DNA of 55,921 nucleotides from a virus (Duplodnaviria; Heunggongvirae; Uroviricota; Caudoviricetes): IMG/VR virus record IMGVR_UViG_2541047806_000003, positions 1 to 55,921 of that record; one strand, 5' to 3'. Shown piece by piece: positions 27,847 to 36,043 of this stretch (position 1 is its first letter; each line of letters starts with the position of its first letter). The notes under the pieces were generated by a model. It saw only the letters and a program-made list of their open reading frames with translations, ran no database searches and was not told where the DNA came from. The position numbers and the translations under genes were made by a program.

Positions 27847-27951
27847 TCACCCCACCAAATACTTGATATATACGTTTATCAGCGCAACTATAATAGAACC
27901 CACAAGAAACACAGAAACGCCGATTAATCCGGCGATGATGTAAGCATCCAT
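27847..27951 (-). CDS. Mini-ORF P2, MDAYIIAGLIGVSVFLVGSIIVALINVYIKYLVG
   Basis: 34 aa, starts 5 nt after P1 stop. Confidence 0.3.
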   Translation of the reverse strand: MDAYIIAGLIGVSVFLVGSIIVALINVYIKYLVG

Positions 27952-27955
27952 AATA

Positions 27956-28024
27956 TCAATGTCCGTATATCAAGATCACAGCGGCAGCTATGCCAACAAA
28001 TACGCCTAACAGAAAAGTAAACAT
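27956..28024 (-). CDS. Mini-ORF P1, MFTFLLGVFVGIAAAVILIYGH
   Basis: 22 aa; ATG 3 nt after stop of HExxH gene; SD AGAGAGGG. Confidence 0.3.
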   Translation of the reverse strand: MFTFLLGVFVGIAAAVILIYGH

Positions 28025-28026
28025 AA

Positions 28027-28599
28027 TTACCCTCTCTTAAAGCTCATAACGCGCGGTACAAGCGCCTCTTTTGCTTTCGGCTTACGTTTGCCTTTCTTAG
28101 CTGGTTTTTTCTCTTCTTTCGGCTCCTCTGCCTGTTCTGCTGCATCAGTCGCCTGCTCTGCCTTTTCTAACGCCTGCTCAACGACTTCAGCCGCCTGCAT
28201 CGCTGTGATCTGTGCTTCGTTTGATTCAGCCAGGATTGGGAAGAATGCGTCAAAGATACGTCCAACCATGTAAGCGTAAGTCTCATTCGCAGGATGAGTA
28301 GGATCAGTGGTCGCCACGACGCCTACATCACTTAAAACGTGGAATGTAGTGTGAGCGCATTCATGGACCAGCGTTCCAGTCTCATTGTTGAATACTGCGA
28401 TCACGTAGAAATTACCGCCGGTCTCACCAGTACAGGTTAACGTCAGACCGCCAGCTAGTTCGAAATCAGGTTCGATTGGTATTCCGGCCTTTTCGCAAAA
28501 TTCATAGAACATCTCGCGGGTCGGGCAAAAGAAAACGGTTGTATGCTCAAAGAGCGGGACTTTGAATTGAGGCAACTTAATGCCTTTAGCCTTAGCCAT
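28027..28599 (-). CDS. Putative zinc-metallopeptidase-like protein (HExxH motif) with Lys-rich C-terminal tail
   Basis: 190 aa; HECAH within TLVHECAHTTFHVL; C-terminus EEKKPAKKGKRKPKAKE; family not recognised. Confidence 0.45.
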   Translation of the reverse strand: MAKAKGIKLPQFKVPLFEHTTVFFCPTREMFYEFCEKAGIPIEPDFELAGGLTLTCTGETGGNFYVIAVFNNETGTLVHECAHTTFHVLSDVGVVATTDPTHPANETYAYMVGRIFDAFFPILAESNEAQITAMQAAEVVEQALEKAEQATDAAEQAEEPKEEKKPAKKGKRKPKAKEALVPRVMSFKRG

Positions 28600-28868
28600 C
28601 AGAATAATCTCCTGTCTGGTTTGCTTTTACTTCCTGTTTATATAGCGGCAGAAATGACATAAAACACTGAGAACGGCGCTTCATCAGTACCGTTTCCAGA
28701 ATTTTATAAAATTGGTGAATGGCGCTTTCTTCTACCCAGGTAGCGCCTGACCTGTTAATGGGACTGTTGATCCGGTATTACGTGTTTTTGACTATTCCGC
28801 CGTCGCTCGCGGGAAGGATTGGCCCGGTTATGGCTGGCTGGCGGAAACGGCGACACGTCCGCGCGCTG

Positions 28869-29339
28869 TTATTCTTTGCGTATGCACTGCGTTTTGATGT
28901 AGTCCTGTAATCCGGTGATCTTCGCGTCTTTCTCTTTTAGTTGTTCTCTGAGGGATAGATAATTTGATTGAGCACTGGCAGTAAGTCTACAGGTGGCTCC
29001 ATTAATGCTGCTGGCGGTTCCGGTGGCGTCGTGCACGTACACTGGCTCGGCGTTGACGTGCAACCTGATAGCACCGCTATCAATGCCAGCGCGAAGATCG
29101 GCAATGTCAGATCTGATAGCTTTAATCTCATCGTGATACCTCTTATCAAGTTTTGACAGTTCGGCGTTTCGCTCCTTCATCTGCTGGATAGTGTTACTTG
29201 CTGTTTTTAGTGCGCCTTTCGTCACCGTGACTTCTTCCTGTAACCTTGCCGCCTCACCCTGGTAATAACACGTTACGGCGGTAAGCCCGGCAATAATGCA
29301 AACAACAACGGCGATGATTAACGTCTTCACCTTGTCCAT
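28869..29339 (-). CDS. i-spanin (Rz-like)
   Basis: 156 aa, N-terminal TM helix then coiled coil; contains embedded lipoprotein ORF. Confidence 0.7.
   Translation of the reverse strand: MDKVKTLIIAVVVCIIAGLTAVTCYYQGEAARLQEEVTVTKGALKTASNTIQQMKERNAELSKLDKRYHDEIKAIRSDIADLRAGIDSGAIRLHVNAEPVYVHDATGTASSINGATCRLTASAQSNYLSLREQLKEKDAKITGLQDYIKTQCIRKE
28937..29131 (-). CDS. o-spanin (Rz1-like), embedded in Rz reading frame +1
   Basis: [24 protein letters not shown] lipobox, Pro-rich mature part. Confidence 0.55.
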   Translation of the reverse strand: MRLKLSDLTLPIFALALIAVLSGCTSTPSQCTCTTPPEPPAALMEPPVDLLPVLNQIIYPSENN

Positions 29340-29818
29340 GTTTCACCCCATTCGCAAACGGCATATTCAACATCACGGCGGTTAATTAACCCTTGCCACT
29401 GCTTACCACCAGCATATATCCAGCGTTTAAGCTGTGCGCACGCCTCCGATTTCTTGCCGTCATTGAGTAGCTTCAATAATGTTGATGTTTTGAAGTTGGT
29501 AGCGCCTACGTTATAGGCGAATGAATAAAGCGCCGCGCGGGTAAAATCTGATATTTCGACTTTAATATATGGGTCAATCGCTTTTGCGGTTTTGTGGAGA
29601 TCTTTGTTTAACAAAGCATCGCATTCTGATTGCGTGTAAGTTTTACCCAGCATAATGTCTTTTCCGGTGTGACCATAACATACAGTCCATACACCGATAG
29701 CATCACGATACGGATCGTACTCCACGCCTTCTAATGGTTTAACCATCACAGCCGCAATAGCGATCGCCCCACCAGCCGCCGCAGCAATAATCTTGTTTTT
29801 CAGCGATTGGCTAATCAT
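29327..29818 (-). CDS. SAR endolysin (T4-lysozyme-like glycoside hydrolase with signal-anchor-release N-terminus)
   Basis: 163 aa; N-terminal Ala/Gly-rich weak TM ([17 protein letters not shown]); catalytic region E-x8-D/C-x5-T-like ([16 protein letters not shown]). Confidence 0.8.
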   Translation of the reverse strand: MISQSLKNKIIAAAAGGAIAIAAVMVKPLEGVEYDPYRDAIGVWTVCYGHTGKDIMLGKTYTQSECDALLNKDLHKTAKAIDPYIKVEISDFTRAALYSFAYNVGATNFKTSTLLKLLNDGKKSEACAQLKRWIYAGGKQWQGLINRRDVEYAVCEWGETWTR

Positions 29819-30019
29819 TTACTTATTCCCCATTCGCGCGTCGTGTTCCTCTTGCGCTCGCTTGTTCTCCTGTGATTTGAAGTAATAGTTAACGGCAAAT
29901 GTGCCTACGGTTGATAAGATACCCACAAAGACGGCAATGTCATTGATGGTTATCGCGCCGAAAAAAGCAGTTACGGCCCCAGTCACATACGCGCACGCCT
30001 CCCGTATTTTGTCGAACAT
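29819..30019 (-). CDS. Holin (class II / pinholin-like)
   Basis: 66 aa, two TM segments, charged C-terminus; immediately upstream of SAR endolysin. Confidence 0.65.
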   Translation of the reverse strand: MFDKIREACAYVTGAVTAFFGAITINDIAVFVGILSTVGTFAVNYYFKSQENKRAQEEHDARMGNK

Positions 30020-30035
30020 AGATTTTCCTCCAACA

Positions 30036-30061
30036 AAGCAAAAACCCGGCGCGGGGCCGGG
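30036..30061 (-). terminator. Strong hairpin terminator 16 nt upstream of holin RBS (tR'-like)
   Basis: Stem CCCGGC/GCCGGG followed on minus strand by TTTTTGCTTTG. Confidence 0.55.
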
Positions 30062-30089
30062 TAATTACAATTTCGCATTGTTAGGAAAT

Positions 30090-30118
30090 ATTTTAATCTG
30101 TTTGTTTACGCCCTACAA
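30090..30118 (-). promoter_or_regulatory. Candidate late promoter (TTGTAG-N17-TAAAAT) just upstream of the terminator
   Basis: Hexamers and spacing read from minus strand; arrangement resembles pR'-tR'. Confidence 0.3.
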
Positions 30119-30125
30119 ATACGGC

Positions 30126-30302
30126 TTACGGCTTTCTATATATCAGGCCGTTATCAAGCAACATTTGCATATGCCGCCGATCCATGTCGCTTGATTCCCA
30201 ATGTGGATCGTCATCAGGTCTTATCATCACCTTATTACCTTTAAGTAAATAGACGATGTTAAATACCTTATGCAAATAGATACCATCTTCGATCTCGTTC
30301 AT
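30126..30302 (-). CDS. Hypothetical small protein
   Basis: 58 aa (MNEIEDGIYLHKVF...), ATGA overlap with upstream ORF. Confidence 0.35.
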   Translation of the reverse strand: MNEIEDGIYLHKVFNIVYLLKGNKVMIRPDDDPHWESSDMDRRHMQMLLDNGLIYRKP

Positions 30303-30478
30303 AGGTCGCTAACCCTCACCAGTTCACCAGCATCAAGAAATATTTTAATTGTTTCTCGCGTCGTCTTAATGATTGGCGCTACCCACTCACCACCGCCAAC
30401 GCGGATGCGAATATCATCACCTTCTACGCGGTAAAACAGCCCGTCTACTACTGTTGCGTACACCCCATCTTCAATCAT
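30299..30478 (-). CDS. Hypothetical small protein
   Basis: 59 aa (MIEDGVYATVVDGLFYRVEGDD...). Confidence 0.35.
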   Translation of the reverse strand: MIEDGVYATVVDGLFYRVEGDDIRIRVGGGEWVAPIIKTTRETIKIFLDAGELVRVSDL

Positions 30479-30762
30479 TTCTTGCGCTCCTTAATAGCTC
30501 GATTGATCTGCCCTGCCGTAGCGTCGAAGAAAGCGATAAACACAGTCACAGGCCAAAAAGGAATCTCAAGGCCGCCAGGTTCAGCTCCGCTAAACTTAAT
30601 AAAACAAGACATCAGGATAGCGCCAGCGATATAAAGCAAAACAATCACAGCTATAAGGCATTCAATCATCATCGCCCTCGTCTTCATGTTCAGCCAGGAA
30701 ATCATCAACGGCACGGTAAGTAACTGGAGGGATGTATTCGAAATCATCAGAATCAAGATCAA
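30475..30762 (-). CDS. Hypothetical small membrane protein; start uncertain
   Basis: ORF-track 95 aa, hydrophobic; overlaps neighbour so true start is probably internal. Confidence 0.35.
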   Translation of the reverse strand: MILILMISNTSLQLLTVPLMISWLNMKTRAMMIECLIAVIVLLYIAGAILMSCFIKFSGAEPGGLEIPFWPVTVFIAFFDATAGQINRAIKERKK

Positions 30763-30913
30763 GCGTCCTGCTGTCGCCGTCGTCGTCCATCGTATTCATC
30801 CCTAACTCACCGAAAGGGCCGTACCCAATGTGGCCCAGGTATTCGCAACCAATCGTAAACCAAGGGTATTCGCCTTTACACCGGATCTTGTAAGGTTTAT
30901 TTGATGCGCTCAA
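30662..30913 (-). CDS. Hypothetical acidic protein
   Basis: 83 aa, Asp-rich C-terminus. Confidence 0.4.
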   Translation of the reverse strand: MSASNKPYKIRCKGEYPWFTIGCEYLGHIGYGPFGELGMNTMDDDGDSRTLDLDSDDFEYIPPVTYRAVDDFLAEHEDEGDDD

Positions 30914-31220
30914 TTTCCACCCCTCCGTTTTCGCCTTCAGTCACTTTGTATTCTGCCGCCAGTTCAGCGCCAAGCAATTCCACTTCCATATTAGCGATAC
31001 CCTGGAACATCAGATAGGCAAAAACTAGGCTTTTAATTCTATCCGGGTCTTCAAGATGGTCTGCATTAAAAGGCGGTTCCGATACGTGGAAGCATTTAAC
31101 ATGCGCATCGTCTTCAGTGGCTACACGGAAACATGCACTAGGTTGCCCGGCAAATTGTCCTAATCTTTCTTCGTTCGGTAAAGTGCCACGGAAAACTTTA
31201 ACGCTGATAAATTTAGACAT
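30897..31220 (-). CDS. Hypothetical protein
   Basis: 107 aa ORF, coupled to neighbours. Confidence 0.45.
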   Translation of the reverse strand: MSKFISVKVFRGTLPNEERLGQFAGQPSACFRVATEDDAHVKCFHVSEPPFNADHLEDPDRIKSLVFAYLMFQGIANMEVELLGAELAAEYKVTEGENGGVEIERIK

Positions 31221-31223
31221 TGT

Positions 31224-31478
31224 CTATTCTCCTTCGTAAAAAATAGCTACCAGTTCAGGATTGTTTAATGGGTTAGGGCAAGAATAAAAACCACTTCGCA
31301 ATAACCCCCTAAGCGCCTTTATTTTTCTGTGCACCGGGATTGACTCGCTTAAATAGAAATCATCTTTCCTTTTGTCATAAGGTAGCTCGTAAAACCTACC
31401 ATAATTTACGAATTGAACGACGCGGCAAAACTCACCGTCAGCCTTACTGTTGCCGCGCCATATTTTGATTATTTCCAT
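31224..31478 (-). CDS. Hypothetical protein
   Basis: 84 aa ORF. Confidence 0.45.
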   Translation of the reverse strand: MEIIKIWRGNSKADGEFCRVVQFVNYGRFYELPYDKRKDDFYLSESIPVHRKIKALRGLLRSGFYSCPNPLNNPELVAIFYEGE

Positions 31479-31481
31479 AAA

Positions 31482-31811
31482 TTAAAACTCCGCACCAGGT
31501 AAGCTACGCGCTTCGTTAATATCGTCCTTTTCAATCCATTTCTTAGCGTGCATATCCATTACGGATATAGCGGCAACTGGCGCATAATTATTTACTGAGT
31601 GGATGTGAAAAAGTTGATTTCTGGTAAAAATCATATCGTCATCGGTTATATATAACCAGTCGCCGCGTTTGCCAACAACAATGTGAGATCTGCCTAAGCT
31701 GTCTTTAAATTCATAATTACAGAAAACATCATCGTTAGGAACTTCAACAAAACAGCAAGCAATAAATTTAGCGCTTTTCATGATTACACCCTTCTGATTT
31801 GATGGGGCCAT
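31482..31811 (-). CDS. Hypothetical protein
   Basis: 109 aa ORF (start possibly MKSAKF). Confidence 0.45.
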   Translation of the reverse strand: MAPSNQKGVIMKSAKFIACCFVEVPNDDVFCNYEFKDSLGRSHIVVGKRGDWLYITDDDMIFTRNQLFHIHSVNNYAPVAAISVMDMHAKKWIEKDDINEARSLPGAEF

Positions 31812-31824
31812 CCGGCCCCGTGTT

Positions 31825-31965
31825 TTATGCTTCTTCGTCTCCTTTAAACCCTAAGCACTCCGCGTACTCGTCAATGCTTAATGCTTCTTCACCTTGTGCC
31901 AGTAATTCAAAGTATCTTGCGTACAGTTCGAAAACCCAGGTCGGATATTTAGCGTTAGCGTTCAT
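31825..31965 (-). CDS. Hypothetical small protein
   Basis: 46 aa, strong SD AAGGGGGAA. Confidence 0.35.
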   Translation of the reverse strand: MNANAKYPTWVFELYARYFELLAQGEEALSIDEYAECLGFKGDEEA

Positions 31966-31975
31966 GGTTTCCCCC

Positions 31976-32254
31976 TTATGCCATACGTGCGAATTCAAGT
32001 GATTTGCATTCGTAGTCTTCCTCTGTCTGTTCGATGACTGCCATCATCATTTCGTTTGCGTTGTTGAATGCGTTGCTTTGTGCGAACTTGTCGGCTCCAC
32101 CTTCTTCTTCGAACTCCGCGTTGTTTGCTGCAATGTAGTGATATTCGATGTTGTTCAGGTAAGGGCTTGCAGCGTGTGCTGGGTCTTCTTTCTCCACCAT
32201 CTCCCAAAATGCGTTTAAGCGAGATTCGACTTCTTTGTTAATCCAGCGTTTCAT
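31976..32254 (-). CDS. Hypothetical acidic protein
   Basis: 92 aa ORF. Confidence 0.45.
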   Translation of the reverse strand: MKRWINKEVESRLNAFWEMVEKEDPAHAASPYLNNIEYHYIAANNAEFEEEGGADKFAQSNAFNNANEMMMAVIEQTEEDYECKSLEFARMA

Positions 32255-32352
32255 TTTTCTACCCTCCGCATCGTTCTCTCTTCAGCTTCTTTATAACAAA
32301 ATGGCACTGCCGAAACAATGCCATTTCGTAAACCTTGTAATACAGATCACAT

Positions 32353-32580
32353 TTACGTTTCTTCCGTAAAAGTAACCTTCATCGCCCCATCCAAACTACG
32401 GACAACATAACGACCAATACCGCCTAGCGGCCCTGCATACCATAAGTGACCGTAAGTGTCAGTCACGACGATAAACGGAAATTTAGGAGACAATCCCATC
32501 GGTTTTTCAGCCGTGTACTGTGCTCCTTCCTCAAAACAACCTAATCTCGATTCGTTACACGTTAAAATCATTTTATGCAC
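32353..32580 (-). CDS. Small protein, paralog family member
   Basis: 75 aa; C-x4-5-C/S ... D-x-G-x-x-W-Y pattern shared with neighbours. Confidence 0.45.
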   Translation of the reverse strand: MHKMILTCNESRLGCFEEGAQYTAEKPMGLSPKFPFIVVTDTYGHLWYAGPLGGIGRYVVRSLDGAMKVTFTEET

Positions 32581-32812
32581 CTACATACGAAAACGCAGCA
32601 AAAGCACCACCACAAGCCCGCGCATAAACAAGCGCAGTTCCACATCCCATCTTATAAAATCGCCATAACTGGCCCTGGTCGTCAGTAATGGCGTGAATAT
32701 ATTCCTGATCCTTTGCGTCAACCAATGCCGCTCCGACTTCGTAGATCTTGCCATTCTTAAAAAACGCGCTGCATCGTGAGTATGTGCACTGGTATCTCTG
32801 ATTCTGTCTCAT
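32573..32812 (-). CDS. Small protein, paralog family member
   Basis: 79 aa; YQCTYSRCSAFF ... DDQGQLWRFY. Confidence 0.45.
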   Translation of the reverse strand: MRQNQRYQCTYSRCSAFFKNGKIYEVGAALVDAKDQEYIHAITDDQGQLWRFYKMGCGTALVYARACGGAFAAFSYVGA

Positions 32813-32821
32813 AACACTACC

Positions 32822-33037
32822 TCACCACTTAACAAAACGCGCGATCGGTTCCGTACTGAACTGGCTGGCAACGTGTCCACGCGCGTAACAATCCCAATAG
32901 CGCCACGCGTCTCCGTGGTCGTCTTTAATGTATTGGGTGTTAAGTTCATCACCAGTCAGGTGAGCTACGGTATATATTCCGCCAACCTCAAAGCATGATG
33001 ATTTTGATTCAGTGCATCTAACATACATGATATTCAT
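32822..33037 (-). CDS. Small protein, paralog family member
   Basis: 71 aa; VRCTESKSSCFE ... DDHGDAWRYW. Confidence 0.45.
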   Translation of the reverse strand: MNIMYVRCTESKSSCFEVGGIYTVAHLTGDELNTQYIKDDHGDAWRYWDCYARGHVASQFSTEPIARFVKW

Positions 33038-33258
33038 TCCTTATTTGCATTTATAAATAGCGCAACTGGCACACCATTACCGCCAACGCCATCAACGAAT
33101 CCGCTACCATTGAGATCGTTATAAAAAAACCACGGATCGCCATCTTCATCATAAATGTACTGAATATCGTTAGTTCTGCTTATTAGCGTTTCTATGTCGT
33201 AAATCTCATCAACCACAAAAAGATTAGGGAAACGAGACTTTATACATTTTACAAACAT
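33034..33258 (-). CDS. Small protein, paralog family member
   Basis: 74 aa; VKCIKSRFPNLF ... DEDGDPWFFY. Confidence 0.45.
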   Translation of the reverse strand: MFVKCIKSRFPNLFVVDEIYDIETLISRTNDIQYIYDEDGDPWFFYNDLNGSGFVDGVGGNGVPVALFINANKE

Positions 33259-33509
33259 CAGAAAACCCCTTTATAATCGACCGTGTATTTTGCCACCAAT
33301 TTCCATTCACAATATTTTTCCATGTCGCGCGGTTGCCAGCCTTTCATACCAACAGCACTTCGCGCAGCGTGGCGGCGACAGTTGTCGTTAAGATCTACAA
33401 CACACCACGGCTGAAGGACAAACATGTACTGCGCCTCGTTAACCAGGATCGCAATCTGCTTTCCTGTTGCCTTATCTTTCGCCCGGAAATAACTTACCCT
33501 GATTTTCAT
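33258..33509 (-). CDS. Hypothetical protein
   Basis: 83 aa ORF. Confidence 0.4.
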   Translation of the reverse strand: MKIRVSYFRAKDKATGKQIAILVNEAQYMFVLQPWCVVDLNDNCRRHAARSAVGMKGWQPRDMEKYCEWKLVAKYTVDYKGVF

Positions 33510-33720
33510 TTTTAATTACCTCAATCAACATTTCTTCTTCCAGGTTAGCCGGACGTTTACGAAATATCCCGGCAAAAACCAGATCGTCGAGTAGGTCTTT
33601 ACGCTTAAATAACCACTCCTTCATTACCATCCCGTCGTCGCTGCGATATACAACGCCGTTTTTCAAAAAATAAAAAGTGTGGGTATTCGTCTGAAGGTAT
33701 AGATCTTCGTAAACGTCCAT
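33472..33720 (-). CDS. Hypothetical protein (start moved to MDVYEDLYLQ)
   Basis: ORF-track start overlaps upstream gene. Confidence 0.4.
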   Translation of the reverse strand: MDVYEDLYLQTNTHTFYFLKNGVVYRSDDGMVMKEWLFKRKDLLDDLVFAGIFRKRPANLEEEMLIEVIKNENQGKLFPGER

Positions 33721-33724
33721 GATA

Positions 33725-33952
33725 TTAACCCTCGACCACTTGCAGCCCGCGCCCCTTGTCGCCAACGAAGTCACCCAGGCTGAACGTATACGACCACGCC
33801 GGATTGATGTAATGATCATCAGCGCCAGCGGCGATTAAATCAGCACCGTTAATCATGCAAGTGACATCATCGCTATGAACGACATTAACGACCTTACCAA
33901 CAACCTGTTTCAATGACGGATAACCGTGATCGTGCAAGAATTTGACTTTCAT
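33725..33952 (-). CDS. Small protein, paralog family member (divergent)
   Basis: 75 aa; looser D-D-H-Y ... W-S-Y pattern. Confidence 0.4.
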   Translation of the reverse strand: MKVKFLHDHGYPSLKQVVGKVVNVVHSDDVTCMINGADLIAAGADDHYINPAWSYTFSLGDFVGDKGRGLQVVEG

Positions 33953-33954
33953 CT

Positions 33955-34233
33955 TTACCCCTTATAAGTAACAGCATCAGAGATCAACAACACCGCCAAC
34001 ATCTCACCGTCATGTAACGGATCTGGAATACCAAAAAATATATCGCTTTTACTGTCAGGCACTACTACGCGCATATTGCCTTGTTTATCTTCATGTACGA
34101 ACCACGGCTTTTCGTGTGGCTCAAACATTCCAAAAAGCAATTTAAGATCTATCTCTTCACCCTTCGTGAATAACGATACATCCGTTGTAGCGATAACTAA
34201 CGCTTTCTGATCTGCTGTTTTCTTTGTTCTCAT
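33955..34233 (-). CDS. Hypothetical protein
   Basis: 92 aa ORF. Confidence 0.4.
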   Translation of the reverse strand: MRTKKTADQKALVIATTDVSLFTKGEEIDLKLLFGMFEPHEKPWFVHEDKQGNMRVVVPDSKSDIFFGIPDPLHDGEMLAVLLISDAVTYKG

Positions 34234-34508
34234 TCTTCTGTCCCCCAGCGCTCAATGCTGATTAAAAAGTCCCGGATAGCGTGGCGCTCGTAGCGCGTTG
34301 GTTTACGCTTGCGGTATATTTTGAAATCGAACCATTCTTTTTCCTGCTCGAAATCCAGATCGTAAGCAAGCGCCTCAATGTATCCGCATTCGTGATACTG
34401 GTATGCAACGCCAGCACGAACAAAAAAGCGGGTTTTATCCCGCTTGTGCTCATAGATACGCATATTTACCCCGTTATGCAGTTGTGTAGCTGTCAACCAG
34501 CTTTTCAT
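34230..34508 (-). CDS. Hypothetical protein
   Basis: 92 aa ORF. Confidence 0.4.
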   Translation of the reverse strand: MKSWLTATQLHNGVNMRIYEHKRDKTRFFVRAGVAYQYHECGYIEALAYDLDFEQEKEWFDFKIYRKRKPTRYERHAIRDFLISIERWGTEE

Positions 34509-34704
34509 CTTTCATTCTGGCAAGCTGGTCGATGTTCATCGTGTAGCCGCCATCGGAGAAAAGCAATTCCGCCGCTGCGCGACGAAAAGCAATATCATCG
34601 TGGTTGCGTGTCCATGTAGCGATCACAACGCGTTTCCCGTTAGTGGCGAACATAGACAATTCATTATCAACTACGTCGATAGCCTGCCAGATTTTTAGCT
34701 CCAT
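34474..34704 (-). CDS. Hypothetical protein
   Basis: 76 aa ORF. Confidence 0.4.
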   Translation of the reverse strand: MELKIWQAIDVVDNELSMFATNGKRVVIATWTRNHDDIAFRRAAAELLFSDGGYTMNIDQLARMKDEKLVDSYTTA

Positions 34705-35060
34705 GATTTATCCCCGTAGATCTTGAATAGTTCACACGCTTCCTGATTTTCAAATATATTCATATGCAGGTCACGCAGGCGGCGCATTGTGCGGAATCGC
34801 GGCCTGAACTCCTGGCTACGTTTAATATATTTGCCGCCAATTGAATAAATATGCCCGTATGCGTACCATCTGTTACCTACCCATATGTCATATTCTTTGC
34901 CTTCGTAATTAAATTTTATCGTTAGCTCGCCGACTTCAACTATTAACCCTTTATCAATGATGTCATTAAGCATTTCGTCCCATTCTTTGAGGAATGGTTG
35001 TTGATAAAAACCAAAAAGCGTATTTGCAGCATGGCAAAGATAATCAATGATTATTTGCAT
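34695..35060 (-). CDS. Hypothetical protein
   Basis: 121 aa ORF. Confidence 0.45.
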   Translation of the reverse strand: MQIIIDYLCHAANTLFGFYQQPFLKEWDEMLNDIIDKGLIVEVGELTIKFNYEGKEYDIWVGNRWYAYGHIYSIGGKYIKRSQEFRPRFRTMRRLRDLHMNIFENQEACELFKIYGDKSWS

Positions 35061-35064
35061 ATTA

Positions 35065-35265
35065 TCACCACATCATATAGTAAACGTTATCATCTGCTAA
35101 TTCGTCTGCGTCTCTTTGACAGTCGATTGTCGCATCATCTTCGTGCCATTCTTTAGCAAATAAACGCGCCCATTTACGACGCTCACGTTTATTGTGCTGC
35201 AGGTCACTAAAAACCATTAAAGCCTTGTCGTAAGCTCTTACCAGGCGTTTCATTCTACTTTTCAT
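35065..35265 (-). CDS. Hypothetical protein
   Basis: 66 aa ORF. Confidence 0.4.
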   Translation of the reverse strand: MKSRMKRLVRAYDKALMVFSDLQHNKRERRKWARLFAKEWHEDDATIDCQRDADELADDNVYYMMW

Positions 35266-35471
35266 TTTTCACCCTTCCTTAATTCCTTAATTTCAATATT
35301 GCGTAACCGGACGTCGCACGGCGTTTCAGATTTACCAGTAAGCGCCAGCGTCAGGTTTTCAGGTGTCGTGTAAAGAATTATCTCTTTACCAGTGCTAAAT
35401 TTAATTTCTATGCGGATCTCGTTTTCATCACCGCACAATACGCGGCTAATTGACAGGCCAGCTTTTTTCAT
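35262..35471 (-). CDS. Hypothetical protein
   Basis: 69 aa ORF. Confidence 0.4.
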   Translation of the reverse strand: MKKAGLSISRVLCGDENEIRIEIKFSTGKEIILYTTPENLTLALTGKSETPCDVRLRNIEIKELRKGEK

Positions 35472-35484
35472 TGCTCAACAAACC

Positions 35485-35784
35485 TTAAAATCTGTATTGC
35501 CAGTAAATATCACACTTTATTGCGAATACCTTCACCGGATCAGGGCCGAATAGTGGATGTTGAATCAACTTGATTTCGTACCCCATGTAAGGCAATACGA
35601 TAATCCGGTCTTTCTCATCATCCGATGGATAACCCCATTTAATGATTAATCTTGTGTACTCCCGCCCCTCCAGGCGTTTACGCCAGTATTCATTGTAAAG
35701 CCGGTATTCTTCCACCTTCTTTCCCGCCCGGATGGCGTGGAAGTATTCACCTTTTAAATTCAAATGTAAGTGTTTATTTGCCAT
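35485..35784 (-). CDS. Hypothetical protein
   Basis: 99 aa ORF. Confidence 0.45.
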   Translation of the reverse strand: MANKHLHLNLKGEYFHAIRAGKKVEEYRLYNEYWRKRLEGREYTRLIIKWGYPSDDEKDRIIVLPYMGYEIKLIQHPLFGPDPVKVFAIKCDIYWQYRF

Positions 35785-36043
35785 CGCTATGATCCTGTAA
35801 ACAGTCGTTATAGCCTTCGATGTATCCGGTTAATCCTGTGTTACTTACTGACCAATCAGCCGAACGGCGCTTGATGGCCTTGTCCATAGTCATCTCGTCA
35901 CCTGGCCCGCCTGGCTCGATGTATTTTCTTAAATCCCTTACTATCCTCGCCCTTAATTGTTGCGTATCACTGTACACACGCGCCGTTAATGTCAGATTAT
36001 TAACCAGCTTTGCGAATAGATGTTCTTTTAATTTAGGCTTCAT
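35774..36043 (-). CDS. Hypothetical protein
   Basis: 89 aa ORF. Confidence 0.45.
   Translation of the reverse strand: MKPKLKEHLFAKLVNNLTLTARVYSDTQQLRARIVRDLRKYIEPGGPGDEMTMDKAIKRRSADWSVSNTGLTGYIEGYNDCLQDHSDGK

Larger units (their letters stand above)
27196..28024 (-). other. Tandem array of about 10 translationally coupled mini-ORFs encoding hydrophobic single-helix peptides
   Basis: Hand translation of minus strand; gaps of 3-15 nt or ATGA overlaps; most have SD-like GGAGG/AGGTGA/GGTGGGG upstream. Confidence 0.45.
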
